A DNA stretch of 64,000 bases, taken from the NCBI GenBank assembly GCA_016706865.1, contig JADJIS010000002.1:972768-1036767 (forward strand). Direction: 5' to 3'. This document shows, in pieces, positions 1-9,860 of the stretch. Both the position numbers and the translations under genes were made by a program. The notes beneath the pieces were generated by a model, which was given only the letters and a program-made list of their open reading frames with translations, had not been told where the DNA came from and searched no databases. Position 1 is the stretch's first letter; each line of letters starts with the position of its first letter. The DNA comes from Bacteroidota bacterium. Lineage in GTDB: Bacteria; Bacteroidota; Bacteroidia; Chitinophagales; BACL12.

Positions 1-935
1 TTTTCTTACTCTGGGTTACCCTAAATAAGAAAATTAAAGAGCATAATTCTCAACCCTGTGTTTTTATTACAAATTTTCTATTTAGGGTAAACCCTGAATA
101 GAAAATTCTCTGATACAATTTGGGCGGGATTAGTTTTCATGAAATATCAAATTATTTTGATAGGCAGGATCCCTTTGAATTTTCTTATTCAGGGTCTCAT
201 TTTGCAAAGTAAAAGTTTTAATGCCGTACATTTAACCACCAACAATTTTCTTACTCTGGGTTACCCTAAATAAGAAAATTAAAGAGCATAATTCTCAACC
301 CTATGTTTTTATTACTAATTTCCTATTTAGGGCGAATTCTGAATAGAAAATTCTCCAATACAATTTGGGCGGGATTAGTTTTCATGAAATATCAAATTAT
401 TTTGATAGGCAGGATCTCTTTGAATTTTCTTATTCAGGGTCTCATTTTGCAAAGTAAAAGTTTTAATGCCGTACATTTAACCACCAACAATTTTCTTACT
501 CTGGGTTACCCTAAATAAGAAAATTAAAGAGCATAATTCTCAACCCTATGTTTTTATTACTAATTTCCTATTTAGGGCGAATTCTGAATAGAAAATTCTC
601 TGATACAATTTGGGCGGGATTAGTTTTCATGAAATATCAAATTATTTTGATAGGCAGGATCTCTTTGAATTTTCTTATTCAGGGTCTCATTTTGCAAAGT
701 AAAAGTTTTAATGCCGTACATTTAACCACCAACAATTTTCTTACTCTGGGTTACCCTAAATAAGAAAATTAAAGAGCATAATTCTCAACCCTATGTTTTT
801 ATTACTAATTTCCTATTTAGGGCGAATTCTGAATAGAAAATTCTCTGATACAATTTGGGCGGGATTAGTTTTCATGAAATATCAAATTATTTTGATAGGC
901 AGGATCCCTTTGAATTTTCTTATTCAGGGTCTCAT
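1..935. repeat. Tandem array of a 245-bp unit (3 full copies plus 1 partial), running off the left window edge
   Basis: The unit start TTTTCTTACTCTGGGTTACCC recurs at 1, 246, 491 and 736. Copies 2-4 are nearly identical. Copy 1 differs mainly in one internal palindrome. The array ends near 935. Confidence 0.95.
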
Positions 936-1185
936 TTGGAAGATATTTAAATTGCATAAGTTATAAAATTGTATATAATCTTTCGGGTAAAATCGATCTC
1001 CAACAATTTTCGGAGATAGAGGAATGCTCACTTAGCGAGGTTTTTTGTTTTGTATTGTACCATTATTGAGACCTTCGCTGAGAGCGAAAGCCTCAATGCT
1101 TTGCATTAAAATTTTATCTTTTCACTCGAATGAATTATTAATTGGGATTAAATTTAAATAACATACTACATAAAAATTTCACAAA

Positions 1186-1372
1186 AAATTTAAACTCCTT
1201 TTTAAGTGTATCAGGTATCAAGAATCAAGTATCAGGAAATCAAACAGTGGAATCTGTTAAAATTTCGCAAGAAATTTAAACTCCTTTTTAAGTGTATCGG
1301 GTATCAAGAATCAAGTATCAGGAAAACAAACAGTGGAATCTGTTAAAATTTCGTCAGAAATTTAAACTCCTC
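1186..1372. repeat. 86-bp direct repeat (2 full copies plus the start of a third) containing GTATCAG-type heptamers
   Basis: ATTTAAACTCC recurs at 1188, 1274 and 1360. Each copy holds 4 in-phase heptamers (gtatcag gtatcaa gaatcaa gtatcag) and a small hairpin (aacagtggaatctgtt). The third copy start overlaps the uvrC stop codon. Confidence 0.9.
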
Positions 1373-3209
1373 CCTCCTTTCTCCTCTCTCCTCCCTCCTC
1401 GTCCGCAGGCAAAACCTTGGGATTAAAATAATTATTAATAAGCAACGCCTTCGCCTTGCCTACAACTTTAGCAAGTTCTTCCAGTGAAGTATTTTTGATC
1501 CGTTTTACGGATTTAAATTCTTTCATCAAAGCAGCTTTTGCTTTATCTCCTATTCCTTTTATATTATCAAGCTCAGACGTGATGGCAGCATTACTTCTTT
1601 TTAATCGATGAAAGGTAATTGCAAAACGATGTGCCTCATCGCGCATTTGTTGAATTACTTTCAGACTCTCGCTTTTTTTATTTATATATAAGGGCGTTTG
1701 GTCATCTGGAAAATAAATTTCCTCCAATCTTTTTGCAATGGAACAAATTGCAACCTTGCCATAAATATCTAATTCCTTTAGTGCTTCCACTGCTGCCGAC
1801 AATTGCCCTTTTCCACCATCCACCACAATTAATTGTGGAAGGGGAAGAGCTTCCTCCAATACACGTTTATATCTTCTGTGAACGATCTCGTGCATACTCG
1901 CAAAATCATCGGGACCTATTACTGTTTTAATATTAAAATGGCGATAATCTTTTTTACTTGGTTTCGCATTTTTAAAACAAACCATACTTGCTACCGGATT
2001 TGTTCCCTGTATGTTCGAATTATCAAAACATTCAATATGATAGGGTAGCGTAGTAAGTTTAAAATCGTTTTTGATGGTTTCCAGTATACGGATATTTTTA
2101 TTTTTATTTTCGCGCTTTTCTTTTCCGGCTTCCCTTTCTTCCCTCACATATAATGCATTTTTAAATGCAAGATCGAGCAACTTCTTTTTTTCTCCTGCCA
2201 ATGGAATAGTTTGCACAATAGTGTCATCACTTAATTCCGATTTAACAGGAACAATTATTTCTTTAGCATCACTGTTGAATTGTAAACGCAATTCTGTTAT
2301 TGCGATACTCAATAATTCTTCTTTCGACTCATCCAGTTTTTTAATGAGCTCCAAAGTTTTTGCCTGAGTAACCATTCCCTGCATTATTTTTAGATATCCT
2401 ATAACTGCAAAATTGCCTGCATCCGCAATGCTGAAAACATCCACATTATCAATATTGGTGTTTACAACAGTACTTCTTCCCTGATAGTCTTCAATGCTTG
2501 CAAGTTTTTTATTTAAAACTTCTGCCGCCTCAAATTCTAATCGCTCAACGTGCTCTTGCATTTTTTGTTTGAAACTGCTTTTTACAAAACTCAAATTACC
2601 TTTTAATATATTGATGATGTTATTTACATTATCCATATATTCTTGCTCGCTCATCAAACCCTCACATGGCCCTTTACAATTTCCTAAATGATATTCGAGA
2701 CAAATTTTGAATTTGTGATTTTTGATATTTGTTTCTGATAAAACATAATTACAGGTTCGTATCGGGAAAACGGATTTAATAAACTCGAAAATAGATTTTA
2801 CTTTCCCTTTGGAGGTAAAAGGGCCGAGATATTGTGAGCCGTCTTCAATCCTCTTTCGTGTAAAAAATATCCGTGGAAACCTTTCATTTTTTATTACAAT
2901 AAAGGGATATGTTTTTCCGTCCTTTAAATTAACATTGTATTTCGGTTGTTGTGTTTTTATTAAAGTGTTTTCCAATAAAAAGGCATCCGATTCTGAATTT
3001 ACAATGGTGAATTCAACTTTTTCAATTTGTTTCACCATCAATTTAATGCGCGCACTGTGATCTGTTTTTTGAAAATAACTGCTCACGCGTTTTTTTAAAT
3101 TTTTGGCTTTTCCAACATATAATAATTTAGACTCCCTGTCATAATACCGATATATACCAGGTTTATGAGGAAGTGTAATTTCTATATTATTGAATTGATC
3201 CAAATTCAT
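1362..3209 (-). CDS. uvrC: Excinuclease ABC subunit C (UvrC)
   Basis: GIY-YIG N-terminus (GIYRYYD..LYVGKAKNLKKRVSSYF), UvrC central region, C-terminal helix-hairpin-helix (IKGIGDKAKAALMKEF). I prefer the start at M22 (MNLDQF, ATG at 3209) over the ORF-track start at 3272. Confidence 0.95.
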   Translation of the reverse strand: MNLDQFNNIEITLPHKPGIYRYYDRESKLLYVGKAKNLKKRVSSYFQKTDHSARIKLMVKQIEKVEFTIVNSESDAFLLENTLIKTQQPKYNVNLKDGKTYPFIVIKNERFPRIFFTRKRIEDGSQYLGPFTSKGKVKSIFEFIKSVFPIRTCNYVLSETNIKNHKFKICLEYHLGNCKGPCEGLMSEQEYMDNVNNIINILKGNLSFVKSSFKQKMQEHVERLEFEAAEVLNKKLASIEDYQGRSTVVNTNIDNVDVFSIADAGNFAVIGYLKIMQGMVTQAKTLELIKKLDESKEELLSIAITELRLQFNSDAKEIIVPVKSELSDDTIVQTIPLAGEKKKLLDLAFKNALYVREEREAGKEKRENKNKNIRILETIKNDFKLTTLPYHIECFDNSNIQGTNPVASMVCFKNAKPSKKDYRHFNIKTVIGPDDFASMHEIVHRRYKRVLEEALPLPQLIVVDGGKGQLSAAVEALKELDIYGKVAICSIAKRLEEIYFPDDQTPLYINKKSESLKVIQQMRDEAHRFAITFHRLKRSNAAITSELDNIKGIGDKAKAALMKEFKSVKRIKNTSLEELAKVVGKAKALLINNYFNPKVLPADEEGGERRKEGGV

Positions 3210-3341
3210 TAATGCAAATATAACAGGTTGTGATTTCCTTCTCGCAGACCAAATTAAAGAAGTTGGTTCCAAGTCTTTACAGACTTAAATAAAAGGAATA
3301 AAAGACACTGAAGATGAAAACAAATTGCAATTGAAAAAAGT

Positions 3342-5630
3342 TTAATTATATCCTTCCATCAATTCTTCATACTGGTTTATCTGATTATTATTGTATTTGC
3401 CACAATTTAATTCGATAGTTGGAGTGCCCTCAAAGGGTGAGAATCGCGCAGCCGGATCTATCCCGATGGATTTATCGGCGTACACTCTTTTCATAAAGAA
3501 CCCATAAATAGGCAATGCCATGTTTGCTCCTTGTCCTAATGCCGTGGAACGAAAATGTACCACAGGATCATCTGCGCCAACCCATACGCCACAAACTAAC
3601 TGTGGCACCATTCCCATGAACCAACCATCAGTATTTTCCTGTGTTGTACCGGTTTTTCCGGCTACCTCTGAAGTAATTCCACCGTATTCCTGTCGGCGCA
3701 ACCTTTGGCCGGTTCCATTGTTTACAACATATTTCATCATTTCAAGCATTACCGCTGAAATTTCTTCGCGCATAACTTCCACTCTTTTGGCAGGAAATTC
3801 AGCAATAATATTTCCATTTTTATCTTCAATTCGCGACACAAAAACTGGGCGAACAGCAACACCTTTATTTGCAAAGGCCGAATATGCCGCAGTCATTTCA
3901 TATACGGTAACCTCCGGAGTTCCCAAACAAATAGAGGGCTGAAATGGTATCTCTGATTCTATTCCCATGTTATGAGCAAGATCTATAACCGGTTGAATTC
4001 CAACTTCACGAAGTAAATATGCAGTAACCGTGTTTACCGATTTTCCCAATCCCTGAGATAAGGTTAACATACCGCCATAACTTCCATCTGAGTTTTTAGG
4101 TGTCCAATCGGAAACCAGGCTCCACTTTTTACCCTTTTCGAAGGTAACAGGGAGATTCGGTATCTGATAACAGGGCGAAAATCCCTTATCTGCGATAGCT
4201 GCCGTATATACAAAAGGTTTAAATGTTGAACCTACCTGTCGCCCCTGAGAGGGTTTTACGTGATCCAACTGATAATAACGCATATCAACACCACCAACCC
4301 AAGCCTTGATCTCCCCTGTATGCGGATCCATTGCCATAAAACCCGGCTGCAATGTTTTCTTTACATATTTAATAGAATCATAAGGCGACATTACTGTATC
4401 AAGATCATAGTTTTTTGCAAACCATGAAAAAACCGTCATCGTATCCTTTTTCTGAAATGCTGTGTTTATTTCGTCCTCACTTTTGCCTGCTTTTTTCATT
4501 TTGCGATAACGCTCACTCTGTTTCATCGCATTATCAATTAATCCTGGATTTGTTCTGCCACTATAAGGATAAGCCCAGGGTTCGTATTTATTTCCTTTCC
4601 AATGTGCGTTAAAATCCTTTTGCAATTTTGTGAGCCATTGACTGGTAGCCTGTTCTGCATAACTTTGCATGCGGCTGTCAATAGTTGTATAGATCTTTAA
4701 TCCATCCTTATAAATATCCCATTTTCCACCATCGGGTTTTTCATTTTCTTCCACCCAATCACCAAGCCATTGGCGTAAATATTCTCGGAAATAAGTTCCA
4801 TTTCCGGCTTTATGGTCTTGTCGTTTAAAATCAAGTGCAATGGGTTTTTGTTTATATACATCATATTCTTCCTGACTCAGATCTCCCGTTTCCACCATGG
4901 AATGAAGTACTATATTTCTTCTTTCCAAACATCTTTCCGGAAAACGCACAGGATTAAAAAGGGAAGGATTATTTACCATTCCTACCAGGATCGCTGACTC
5001 ATCAATGGAAAGTGAATCGACAGTTTTATTAAAAAAAGTTTTAGAAGCAGTTTTAATTCCGCTGGCATCGTAGATGTATGGAATAGTATTCAAATACATT
5101 ACAATAATTTCTTCTTTGGTATATCTGCGCTCCAATTTAGCCGCTGTAACCCACTCCTTTAATTTTATTACTGCCAATGAAAATTTATTACTTGCAACAG
5201 GTCTGCCATATAAATTTTTTGCAAGTTGTTGTGTAAGTGTACTTCCACCACCCGCTTCCTCCTGACGCAATATCAAAGTCTTAATTATAACACGCATTAC
5301 GCTTTTTGCATCAATACCGCTGTGTTCATAAAATCTTCTGTCTTCCGTAGCAACTAAAGCCTGAATTAAATGCGGAGGAATTTCTTTTAAGGTTGCATTG
5401 GTTCTGTTCTCTCTATAAAATCTTCCTAACAACTCTCCATCTGATGTTAATATTTGTGTTGCAAGACTACTTTGAGGATTTTCTAATTCATCAAAAGAAG
5501 GCAATTTGCCAAACACACCCAAGGATAATAACAGGATAAATAACGCCATTACTCCGGCACCGATAAAAAAGATCCGCCAAAACCATTTTATCTGTTTTTT
5601 GTATACAGCTAATTCTTCTTTTACCGACAT
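3342..5630 (-). CDS. Class A penicillin-binding protein (transglycosylase/transpeptidase, PBP1A-like)
   Basis: N-terminal TM segment, GT51 motifs (EDRRFYEHSGID, GGSTLTQQ), transpeptidase motifs STFKP and KTGTT. Confidence 0.93.
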   Translation of the reverse strand: MSVKEELAVYKKQIKWFWRIFFIGAGVMALFILLLSLGVFGKLPSFDELENPQSSLATQILTSDGELLGRFYRENRTNATLKEIPPHLIQALVATEDRRFYEHSGIDAKSVMRVIIKTLILRQEEAGGGSTLTQQLAKNLYGRPVASNKFSLAVIKLKEWVTAAKLERRYTKEEIIVMYLNTIPYIYDASGIKTASKTFFNKTVDSLSIDESAILVGMVNNPSLFNPVRFPERCLERRNIVLHSMVETGDLSQEEYDVYKQKPIALDFKRQDHKAGNGTYFREYLRQWLGDWVEENEKPDGGKWDIYKDGLKIYTTIDSRMQSYAEQATSQWLTKLQKDFNAHWKGNKYEPWAYPYSGRTNPGLIDNAMKQSERYRKMKKAGKSEDEINTAFQKKDTMTVFSWFAKNYDLDTVMSPYDSIKYVKKTLQPGFMAMDPHTGEIKAWVGGVDMRYYQLDHVKPSQGRQVGSTFKPFVYTAAIADKGFSPCYQIPNLPVTFEKGKKWSLVSDWTPKNSDGSYGGMLTLSQGLGKSVNTVTAYLLREVGIQPVIDLAHNMGIESEIPFQPSICLGTPEVTVYEMTAAYSAFANKGVAVRPVFVSRIEDKNGNIIAEFPAKRVEVMREEISAVMLEMMKYVVNNGTGQRLRRQEYGGITSEVAGKTGTTQENTDGWFMGMVPQLVCGVWVGADDPVVHFRSTALGQGANMALPIYGFFMKRVYADKSIGIDPAARFSPFEGTPTIELNCGKYNNNQINQYEELMEGYN

Positions 5631-5639
5631 AATTTTAAA

Positions 5640-8291
5640 TTAATCTTTTATATAATTATCCTCGAAGAAAACTTCATAACCCGTAACGTCTTTTGCCTTG
5701 TAAAACTGAACGTAATTTGATTTTGAAATTACCATTGGGGTAAATGCCTCTTTTGTAAGTTCATTAAAAACGCTGGCGTTATCTTTTATTGTATAATAGT
5801 AAGTTAAAGCTTTTGCAGCACTTGAAAATGATTTTACCATAATGATACTATTTTCCTTGCCCAATAATAAACTACTGATCTTCAGGTTATCGCTGCCGAA
5901 ATTGGAGGCATCAAAAGTTGCTATATTATTTTTCATAGTGGTGGCATCTTTACCGGTTGCCCCCATCAAAAATAAAAAGTAATGTTCTTCCTCCGGTTTA
6001 TAAGTATAATTAATAGTAGGCGCAACTTTTTCAACCGCATCCATTACACTTCCTCTGCGCAGATAATCGAGAATTTCCTGAGCGCGAATTCCAACCTCGT
6101 GCGTTGGGTATTTTATTGCTACCTTTTGCAATTCATTTTTGAAAATATCTACACTGTCTGCATCTGCAAATGTTAATGCATTTAGCATTTCAAACTTTGG
6201 TTTATAGGGATTGGGCACGAATAAACTATCCGCTATATGAGATCTGTTTTTAACTTCCACATAGTTTTTTTGTTGGAGCAGATCATAGGTTTGCGTATAA
6301 AAAATGTCCAATGCGTTCTTTTTTTCATCCCTTTTTTTGAAATAGTCGGGGTCGTCTATGATTTTGGCATAATCTGATTCAGGATATTTTGACAGGATAG
6401 CATTTTTATATGTCTCTTGTTTGGGATTTCCTGTCAATCGGTATAATTGATAGTATGCCTGAACCTCGTAAGAATTTGCAGGATAGTCTGTTACATTTTC
6501 CTCAAAATATTGTATAGCTTTTGGTTTATTGGAAAAATTTTCTTTATAAATTATTCCTGCTCTGAATAATGCACCTGCAATTTTTGCATTGGAAGATGCA
6601 ATTTGTTCGGGTGTTTTTGGGAGACTTGCAGTAATGGCATCAATCGTAATATTTTTACCTGTAAGGTCAATTGTTTTTGTTGCAGCAGTATCAACAGCTG
6701 CAGTTTCTTCTTCACCAAAACTTCCTTTTTCACTGCGTCTCCAATTATCCTCCAATTTTCGGGTATCCCATTTTTTCTTGAATTCGGAAAATCCGCGAGA
6801 GCGTAAAGTGATATTGTAAAAATAAAAATCACCACCAGTATTTGTTCCGGCTTGCACTACATTATTGGGATCAATAATTTCATTATTTACGGTGTCTTTT
6901 TCTTCTTCCTCAACAATTATTTTTTCCAATTCTTTGAGTAATTCCTTTTCAGATAATCCTGCCCAATACTGTAACTTTTTTTCAGTGTCGATTATAGTCA
7001 ATTCATCCACCAATAATTTTAAATTATCGCGTAACATTTTCACCTCCTCAAAACGGGGTTGATCTTTTGGAAGATTTAATACAGTGCTGTCATAATATGC
7101 ATATGCTGATTTATATTCCACATCAGCATAATAAATATCACCTAAACGCATGTAAGAAGTGCCTTTTTGTTTTCCTTCGTTTGTACTTCTTACAGATTTA
7201 TTCAGATATTCAATTCCAAGTTCTTTTTGTTTATCAGCGAGTGCAATATCCGCAAGTGTATAATAAATAAGTCCGTAGAATTCAATATACTTTTCATCCT
7301 TAAGCAGGCTCAATAATTCGTCTTTGGATTCTTTTCCGGAAACACCGTAATTTTCCATGGTTAATTTAGCCATATTTAATTTGGCATAAAAATCCATGTC
7401 GTAAGTTGGTTTGCCATCCAATACCAACTGGTAGGTGGCAAGTGCCTTTTCGTAATTATTTTGTTCGGAATATAATTGTGCTAAAATAAAATTATATCGA
7501 ACAATAAGTTTTTTGTCATCAGTATTTTCAATAGCTGCCATTAAAGGTTCAATGGCATTTGCACGCTGATTTTCTTTTATATAACAATCGGCTTCTACAG
7601 CATATAATTCCCCTAACAACCAAGTAGGAAAATTTTCACGGCTTTTTAAAACGCTTAATACAGTATGTGCATCGCTATATTTTTTTTGTTCAATAAGTGA
7701 GCGTGCCACCCAAATTCCGGCTTGACTTGCAACAGGTTGATGTTTTAATCTTTCTGCAAAATTCAATTCGCCATCTTCATCCTCCTTTACACGCTTATTT
7801 GCCGATTGTTTTTCAATGATGTCGGAATATTCAGAAACTATGTATTGAAAAGTGGTTAGGGCATCCTCATAATTGCGTTTATAAAAACTCGATTTACCTA
7901 TCAGAAAGTAACTATCATCCACCCATTTGCTTTTTTTATGCATTTGGATCACAAATGAGGTCTTTTTTACGATCTCATCCATGGCAGGTTGAACCCCGGA
8001 GGCCTGTTCCTGAGTGCCATACTTGAAAATGGGTAAAATTTCTTCGTAGTTATCCGTTTGACCTTCCCAAAGCGTGCGCTCATTCTCCTTCATGCTCAAA
8101 CGGGCGTTAAAATACCCGTTATCCCTTGCTATGAGGTCGTCGATACTGCGTACAACAATATTATTATTGCCATTTTTGCTTGAACTGCAGGCAGAAACAA
8201 AAAAAAGAATTAAAATTGTAGCGATAAATAGGGAAAAATTTCGTTTCACAGTCAATAGTTTGTTGCCGGGTATATAACTTATTTCCGACAA
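5640..8291 (-). CDS. TPR-repeat lipoprotein, possibly the T9SS periplasmic lipoprotein SprE/PorW
   Basis: Lipoprotein-type signal (LFFVSAC SS), about 880 aa with repeated TPR-like helical segments, N-terminal DNGYFNA motif as I remember it from SprE/PorW. The family assignment is from memory only. Confidence 0.45.
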   Translation of the reverse strand: MSEISYIPGNKLLTVKRNFSLFIATILILFFVSACSSSKNGNNNIVVRSIDDLIARDNGYFNARLSMKENERTLWEGQTDNYEEILPIFKYGTQEQASGVQPAMDEIVKKTSFVIQMHKKSKWVDDSYFLIGKSSFYKRNYEDALTTFQYIVSEYSDIIEKQSANKRVKEDEDGELNFAERLKHQPVASQAGIWVARSLIEQKKYSDAHTVLSVLKSRENFPTWLLGELYAVEADCYIKENQRANAIEPLMAAIENTDDKKLIVRYNFILAQLYSEQNNYEKALATYQLVLDGKPTYDMDFYAKLNMAKLTMENYGVSGKESKDELLSLLKDEKYIEFYGLIYYTLADIALADKQKELGIEYLNKSVRSTNEGKQKGTSYMRLGDIYYADVEYKSAYAYYDSTVLNLPKDQPRFEEVKMLRDNLKLLVDELTIIDTEKKLQYWAGLSEKELLKELEKIIVEEEEKDTVNNEIIDPNNVVQAGTNTGGDFYFYNITLRSRGFSEFKKKWDTRKLEDNWRRSEKGSFGEEETAAVDTAATKTIDLTGKNITIDAITASLPKTPEQIASSNAKIAGALFRAGIIYKENFSNKPKAIQYFEENVTDYPANSYEVQAYYQLYRLTGNPKQETYKNAILSKYPESDYAKIIDDPDYFKKRDEKKNALDIFYTQTYDLLQQKNYVEVKNRSHIADSLFVPNPYKPKFEMLNALTFADADSVDIFKNELQKVAIKYPTHEVGIRAQEILDYLRRGSVMDAVEKVAPTINYTYKPEEEHYFLFLMGATGKDATTMKNNIATFDASNFGSDNLKISSLLLGKENSIIMVKSFSSAAKALTYYYTIKDNASVFNELTKEAFTPMVISKSNYVQFYKAKDVTGYEVFFEDNYIKD

Positions 8292-8334
8292 AAATATTTT
8301 AAATAAAGTAAATAAAATAGCGTTTTACGCAGTA

Positions 8335-9216
8335 ATGGCGAAAGGTAACAAAAAAACCAATCTTTGGTTGGAGAAATTGCGCACTAAATACAAGTTAGTG
8401 CTCATGCACGACAAGACTTTTGAGGTGCAAACCTCTTTGCGCCTGAGCTTGTTGAATGTGATCATACTTTTCAGCACTTTATTGGTTTTGGTGGGGATGA
8501 TCGTATATCTCGCCATTGTTTTCACTCCCCTGAAAAATCTGGTGGTGGGTTATAGCGAGGTAAATACCACCCGTCAGATCACCAAAAACAACAGGACTAC
8601 CGATTCCATGCTGCTTTCGCTCAAGGCTTACGATATCTATTTCGCGAACCTGCAAAAACGATTAAGTGGTGAAATTGATACTATTGTGCCCTTGGATAGC
8701 ATCGAAAAGAAGGATTATTCCAACATTCAGATAGGGGAAGCCTCCGAAACGGATAAAATGTTACGTGATCAGGTGTCGCAGGAGGACCTATTTAATCTTA
8801 GTCTTGCCGATCCCAGGGAGGTTACGAGCGATCAGAATCTGGAATCATTGCACTTTTTTCCTCCTGTGAAGGGTTCTGTCACTTCCGAATTCAGTTCGAG
8901 AGAGAAACATTACGGAATTGATATCGTGGCGCCCGAAAACACTCCGGTAAAGGCTTGTCTTAGTGGGGTTGTTATCGATAGTTATTGGAGTCTCGAAAGC
9001 GGAAACGTGATCATACTTCAACATGACCATGGACTTATCTCCTTTTATAAACACAATTCTCAGATACTTAAAAAAACGGGAAACTCGGTGAAAGCCGGTG
9101 ATGTTATAGCTGTAATTGGAAATACCGGTGAGTTGAGTAGCGGTCCGCACCTGCATTTTGAACTTTGGCATCAAAAAAATCCTATAAATCCAAAAGATTA
9201 TATTAACTTCAACTAA
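8335..9216 (+). CDS. M23/LytM family metallopeptidase (membrane-anchored)
   Basis: N-terminal TM helix. C-terminal LytM motifs HYGIDI, GNTGELSSGPHLHFEL. Confidence 0.9.
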   Translation: MAKGNKKTNLWLEKLRTKYKLVLMHDKTFEVQTSLRLSLLNVIILFSTLLVLVGMIVYLAIVFTPLKNLVVGYSEVNTTRQITKNNRTTDSMLLSLKAYDIYFANLQKRLSGEIDTIVPLDSIEKKDYSNIQIGEASETDKMLRDQVSQEDLFNLSLADPREVTSDQNLESLHFFPPVKGSVTSEFSSREKHYGIDIVAPENTPVKACLSGVVIDSYWSLESGNVIILQHDHGLISFYKHNSQILKKTGNSVKAGDVIAVIGNTGELSSGPHLHFELWHQKNPINPKDYINFN

Positions 9217-9228
9217 AATTTAAAAACT

Positions 9229-9639
9229 ATGTTTGGGAATAAAAATTCAACAACCCAGTCTGCACCCAACTCTTTTATTTCAAACAGGATCAATCTAGGA
9301 ACTATTGTGGAAGGAACAATAGAAAGTGACGGCGACCTCAGGATTGAGGGCACCATACGCGGAACTTTGCGCACAAAAGCAAAGGTGGCAGTTGGGCCTA
9401 CCGGATTGATCGAGGGTGATGTGCATTGTAAAAGTGCGGATATTGAGGGTAGAATTACGGGCGATATTGAGGTAAGCGAGGTATTAACGTTAAAATCTTC
9501 CTCCATTGTTGAAGGAAATATTTATACTGCAAAGATTGTTATTGAAAATGGAGCTCATTTCGACGGCATATGCAATATGGGTGCTAAAGAAACTAAAATA
9601 GTAGATGCCAGACCGCAATACCAGGAAGCCACGATTTGA
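9229..9639 (+). CDS. Bactofilin (polymer-forming cytoskeletal protein, CcmA-like)
   Basis: Repetitive beta-helix pattern (IEGTIESDGDLRIEGTIRGTL..IEGDVHCKSADIEGRITGDIE..VEGNIY) typical of DUF583/bactofilin. Confidence 0.85.
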   Translation: MFGNKNSTTQSAPNSFISNRINLGTIVEGTIESDGDLRIEGTIRGTLRTKAKVAVGPTGLIEGDVHCKSADIEGRITGDIEVSEVLTLKSSSIVEGNIYTAKIVIENGAHFDGICNMGAKETKIVDARPQYQEATI

Positions 9640-9829
9640 TAATTATTTTAAATATTCTGCTATGGCATTTCAGCTATTTGCAGGAATATTTATTGGCGTG
9701 TGGGGCGGAATTAAATTAGACGCTTTGCTGAACACAAAACCGTGGTTTACGGTTATACTTTCATTATTGGGAGTAGCCGCAGGTATGTACGCCGTGCTCA
9801 AAGATTTTATTAAGCCGAATAAAAAATGA
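9605..9829 (+). CDS. AtpZ/AtpI family small membrane protein
   Basis: 74 aa with two TM helices. The YFKYSAMAFQLFAGIFIGVWGG..LD pattern resembles the ATPase_gene1 family. The start is uncertain and overlaps the bactofilin 3' end. Confidence 0.6.
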   Translation: MPDRNTRKPRFDNYFKYSAMAFQLFAGIFIGVWGGIKLDALLNTKPWFTVILSLLGVAAGMYAVLKDFIKPNKK

Positions 9830-9860
9830 ATGCGTTGATTTTAAAAGAAAAAATTAGTTT

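Noticed and set aside
303-763. Two nearly identical 71-aa ORFs (303-518, 548-763) inside the 245-bp tandem array
   Set aside because: They are the same repeat read in one frame. Copy 1 lacks the ATG (CCCTGTG versus CCCTATG). The period is not a multiple of 3. The peptides are low-complexity Leu/Ile/Phe/Asn-rich with no recognisable motif. I treat them as artefacts of the repeat.
1-935. Replication origin or plasmid iteron interpretation of the 245-bp array
   Set aside because: I saw no DnaA-box-like TTATCCACA words, no adjacent dnaA, rep or par gene in the window, and the flank is uvrC. It cannot be excluded because the array runs off the window, but nothing here supports it.
1065-1097. 12-of-14-bp hairpin (ATTGAGACCTTCGC tgaga GCGAAAGCCTCAAT) and a nearby smaller hairpin (ATCTCC..GGAGAT near 997-1018) in the spacer between the two repeat blocks
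   Set aside because: These are real palindromes, but they lack a following T-tract, an adjacent gene or copies elsewhere in the window. There is not enough evidence to call a terminator or sRNA.
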